Origin: Isurus oxyrinchus
Taxonomy: Eukaryota
Assembly: GCA_026770705.1 (NCBI GenBank)
Contig: JANJGN010000022.1
Location: 47,554,001-47,618,000 of the forward strand
Direction of reading: 5' to 3'
Length of the DNA: 64,000 nt
The stretch's first letter is position 1. The number at the start of each line of letters is the position of its first letter. The notes under the pieces were generated by a model. It did not search any database and was not told the DNA's origin. It was given only the letters and a program-made list of their open reading frames with translations. Shown here in pieces: positions 63,233-64,000 of the stretch. The position numbers and the translations under genes are program-made.

Positions 63233-64000
63233 ATAAAAAGATTCTCACCAGGCTTCTTTCAGTAAAAAAAATTGATTTATTATAAAACAAACTACTATTT
63301 CAAAAATAAGTTAATAAACTGGCTAACATACAAGTTGCAGTTTAGAAATGTAACAATTTTCTCTTTAAAAAAAACCATATTTGAACCCCCCATAAATTCA
63401 CGCACAAACACAAATAACAAAACCAAAAAACACAGTCCCCTCCAGAAGTTGGAGTATAGGAACATTCCTTTTAAAAGGATAAAATTCAAAGAGATCGCAA
63501 AGCAGTTGACCTAACAGAATTCTGGTCACATTTGGTCTGGAAGTTCTTTCAGACATTTTTTGGTGAAAATGTCCTTGATGACTCTTACTTATCACAACTT
63601 CGCGAACTCTCAAAAAAACATGATATATTCTGATGAGATGTTTTTGTGGAAGGTTTAACACAAAGGTAGGGCAGAGAGAGAGTATTTTTCTTGTAGCCTG
63701 CTTCTAAGGCCACCTCCCCCCCCTCCCCCCCACAATGGTACTGTTTCTCTGAGAGTTTTAAAGATTAAGATTTCAAAGAATACTTCTTTTGGGCCAGGTG
63801 TTTTTAACCAATCAGCAAGAACCTTTAGCCTGGAAACAGCAGTTCTTTGTTAACTTTTGTTAACTTAGATATACAAGTATCTCTTCCCCCTCCAGGTGTT
63901 CCTCGCTGGACATCTATGTTGACCCGATTTCTTTAAGAATGGCATATTCACAGCCCTGAATTAATAATGCAAACTTTTAAAAATAACTCAGGAGGAAGCA

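Larger units (their letters stand above)
54300..64000 (-). mobile_element. Gmr1-like Gypsy LTR retrotransposon (5' LTR from 62913 to the window end; gag-PR-IN; truncated before RT) with nested insertions
   Basis: PBS-Pro at 62889-62906. Gag PKFEERNIE..FEKVAKQMKWP (57577-57828); CFHCNK at ~56830-56850; protease LRDAGAT at ~56570; integrase AHEIPMAGHVG..FYWPG, EVQSDQDSNF, YHPQ (55200-56030). Confidence 0.85.

Overview
Eukaryotic vertebrate genomic DNA, most likely a cartilaginous fish (shark); this is inferred from the repeat families. There is one clear host gene: coding exons 2-6 of DHRS7C (muscle short-chain dehydrogenase/reductase) on the + strand at 23366-30759, with canonical splice sites and a continuous frame. 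Exon 1 was not found, so it probably lies upstream of the window. The rest is mostly nested transposon debris: many CR1-clade LINE copies (including a near full-length one with zinc-finger/SGNH-esterase ORF1), an L2 fragment, DeuSINE-type and other tRNA SINEs, two large PIF/Harbinger elements (transposase plus Myb-like gene) and their MITEs, Gypsy LTR relics (including Gmr1-type elements with SCAN-like gag and integrase directly after protease) and solo LTRs. The most interesting signals are: (i) five copies of a short Penelope-like terminal repeat carrying minimal hammerhead-ribozyme cores, two of them discrete insertions with 15-17 bp target-site duplications and inverted hammerhead pairs; (ii) a degenerate TTAGGG-like tract and a 42-bp telomere-hexamer-like minisatellite abutting an orphan CpG-island promoter; (iii) a MEF2/E-box cluster upstream of DHRS7C exon 2. 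Most ORFs in the supplied track are transposon fragments or noise. Boundaries of degenerate repeats are approximate; no alignments or database searches were run.
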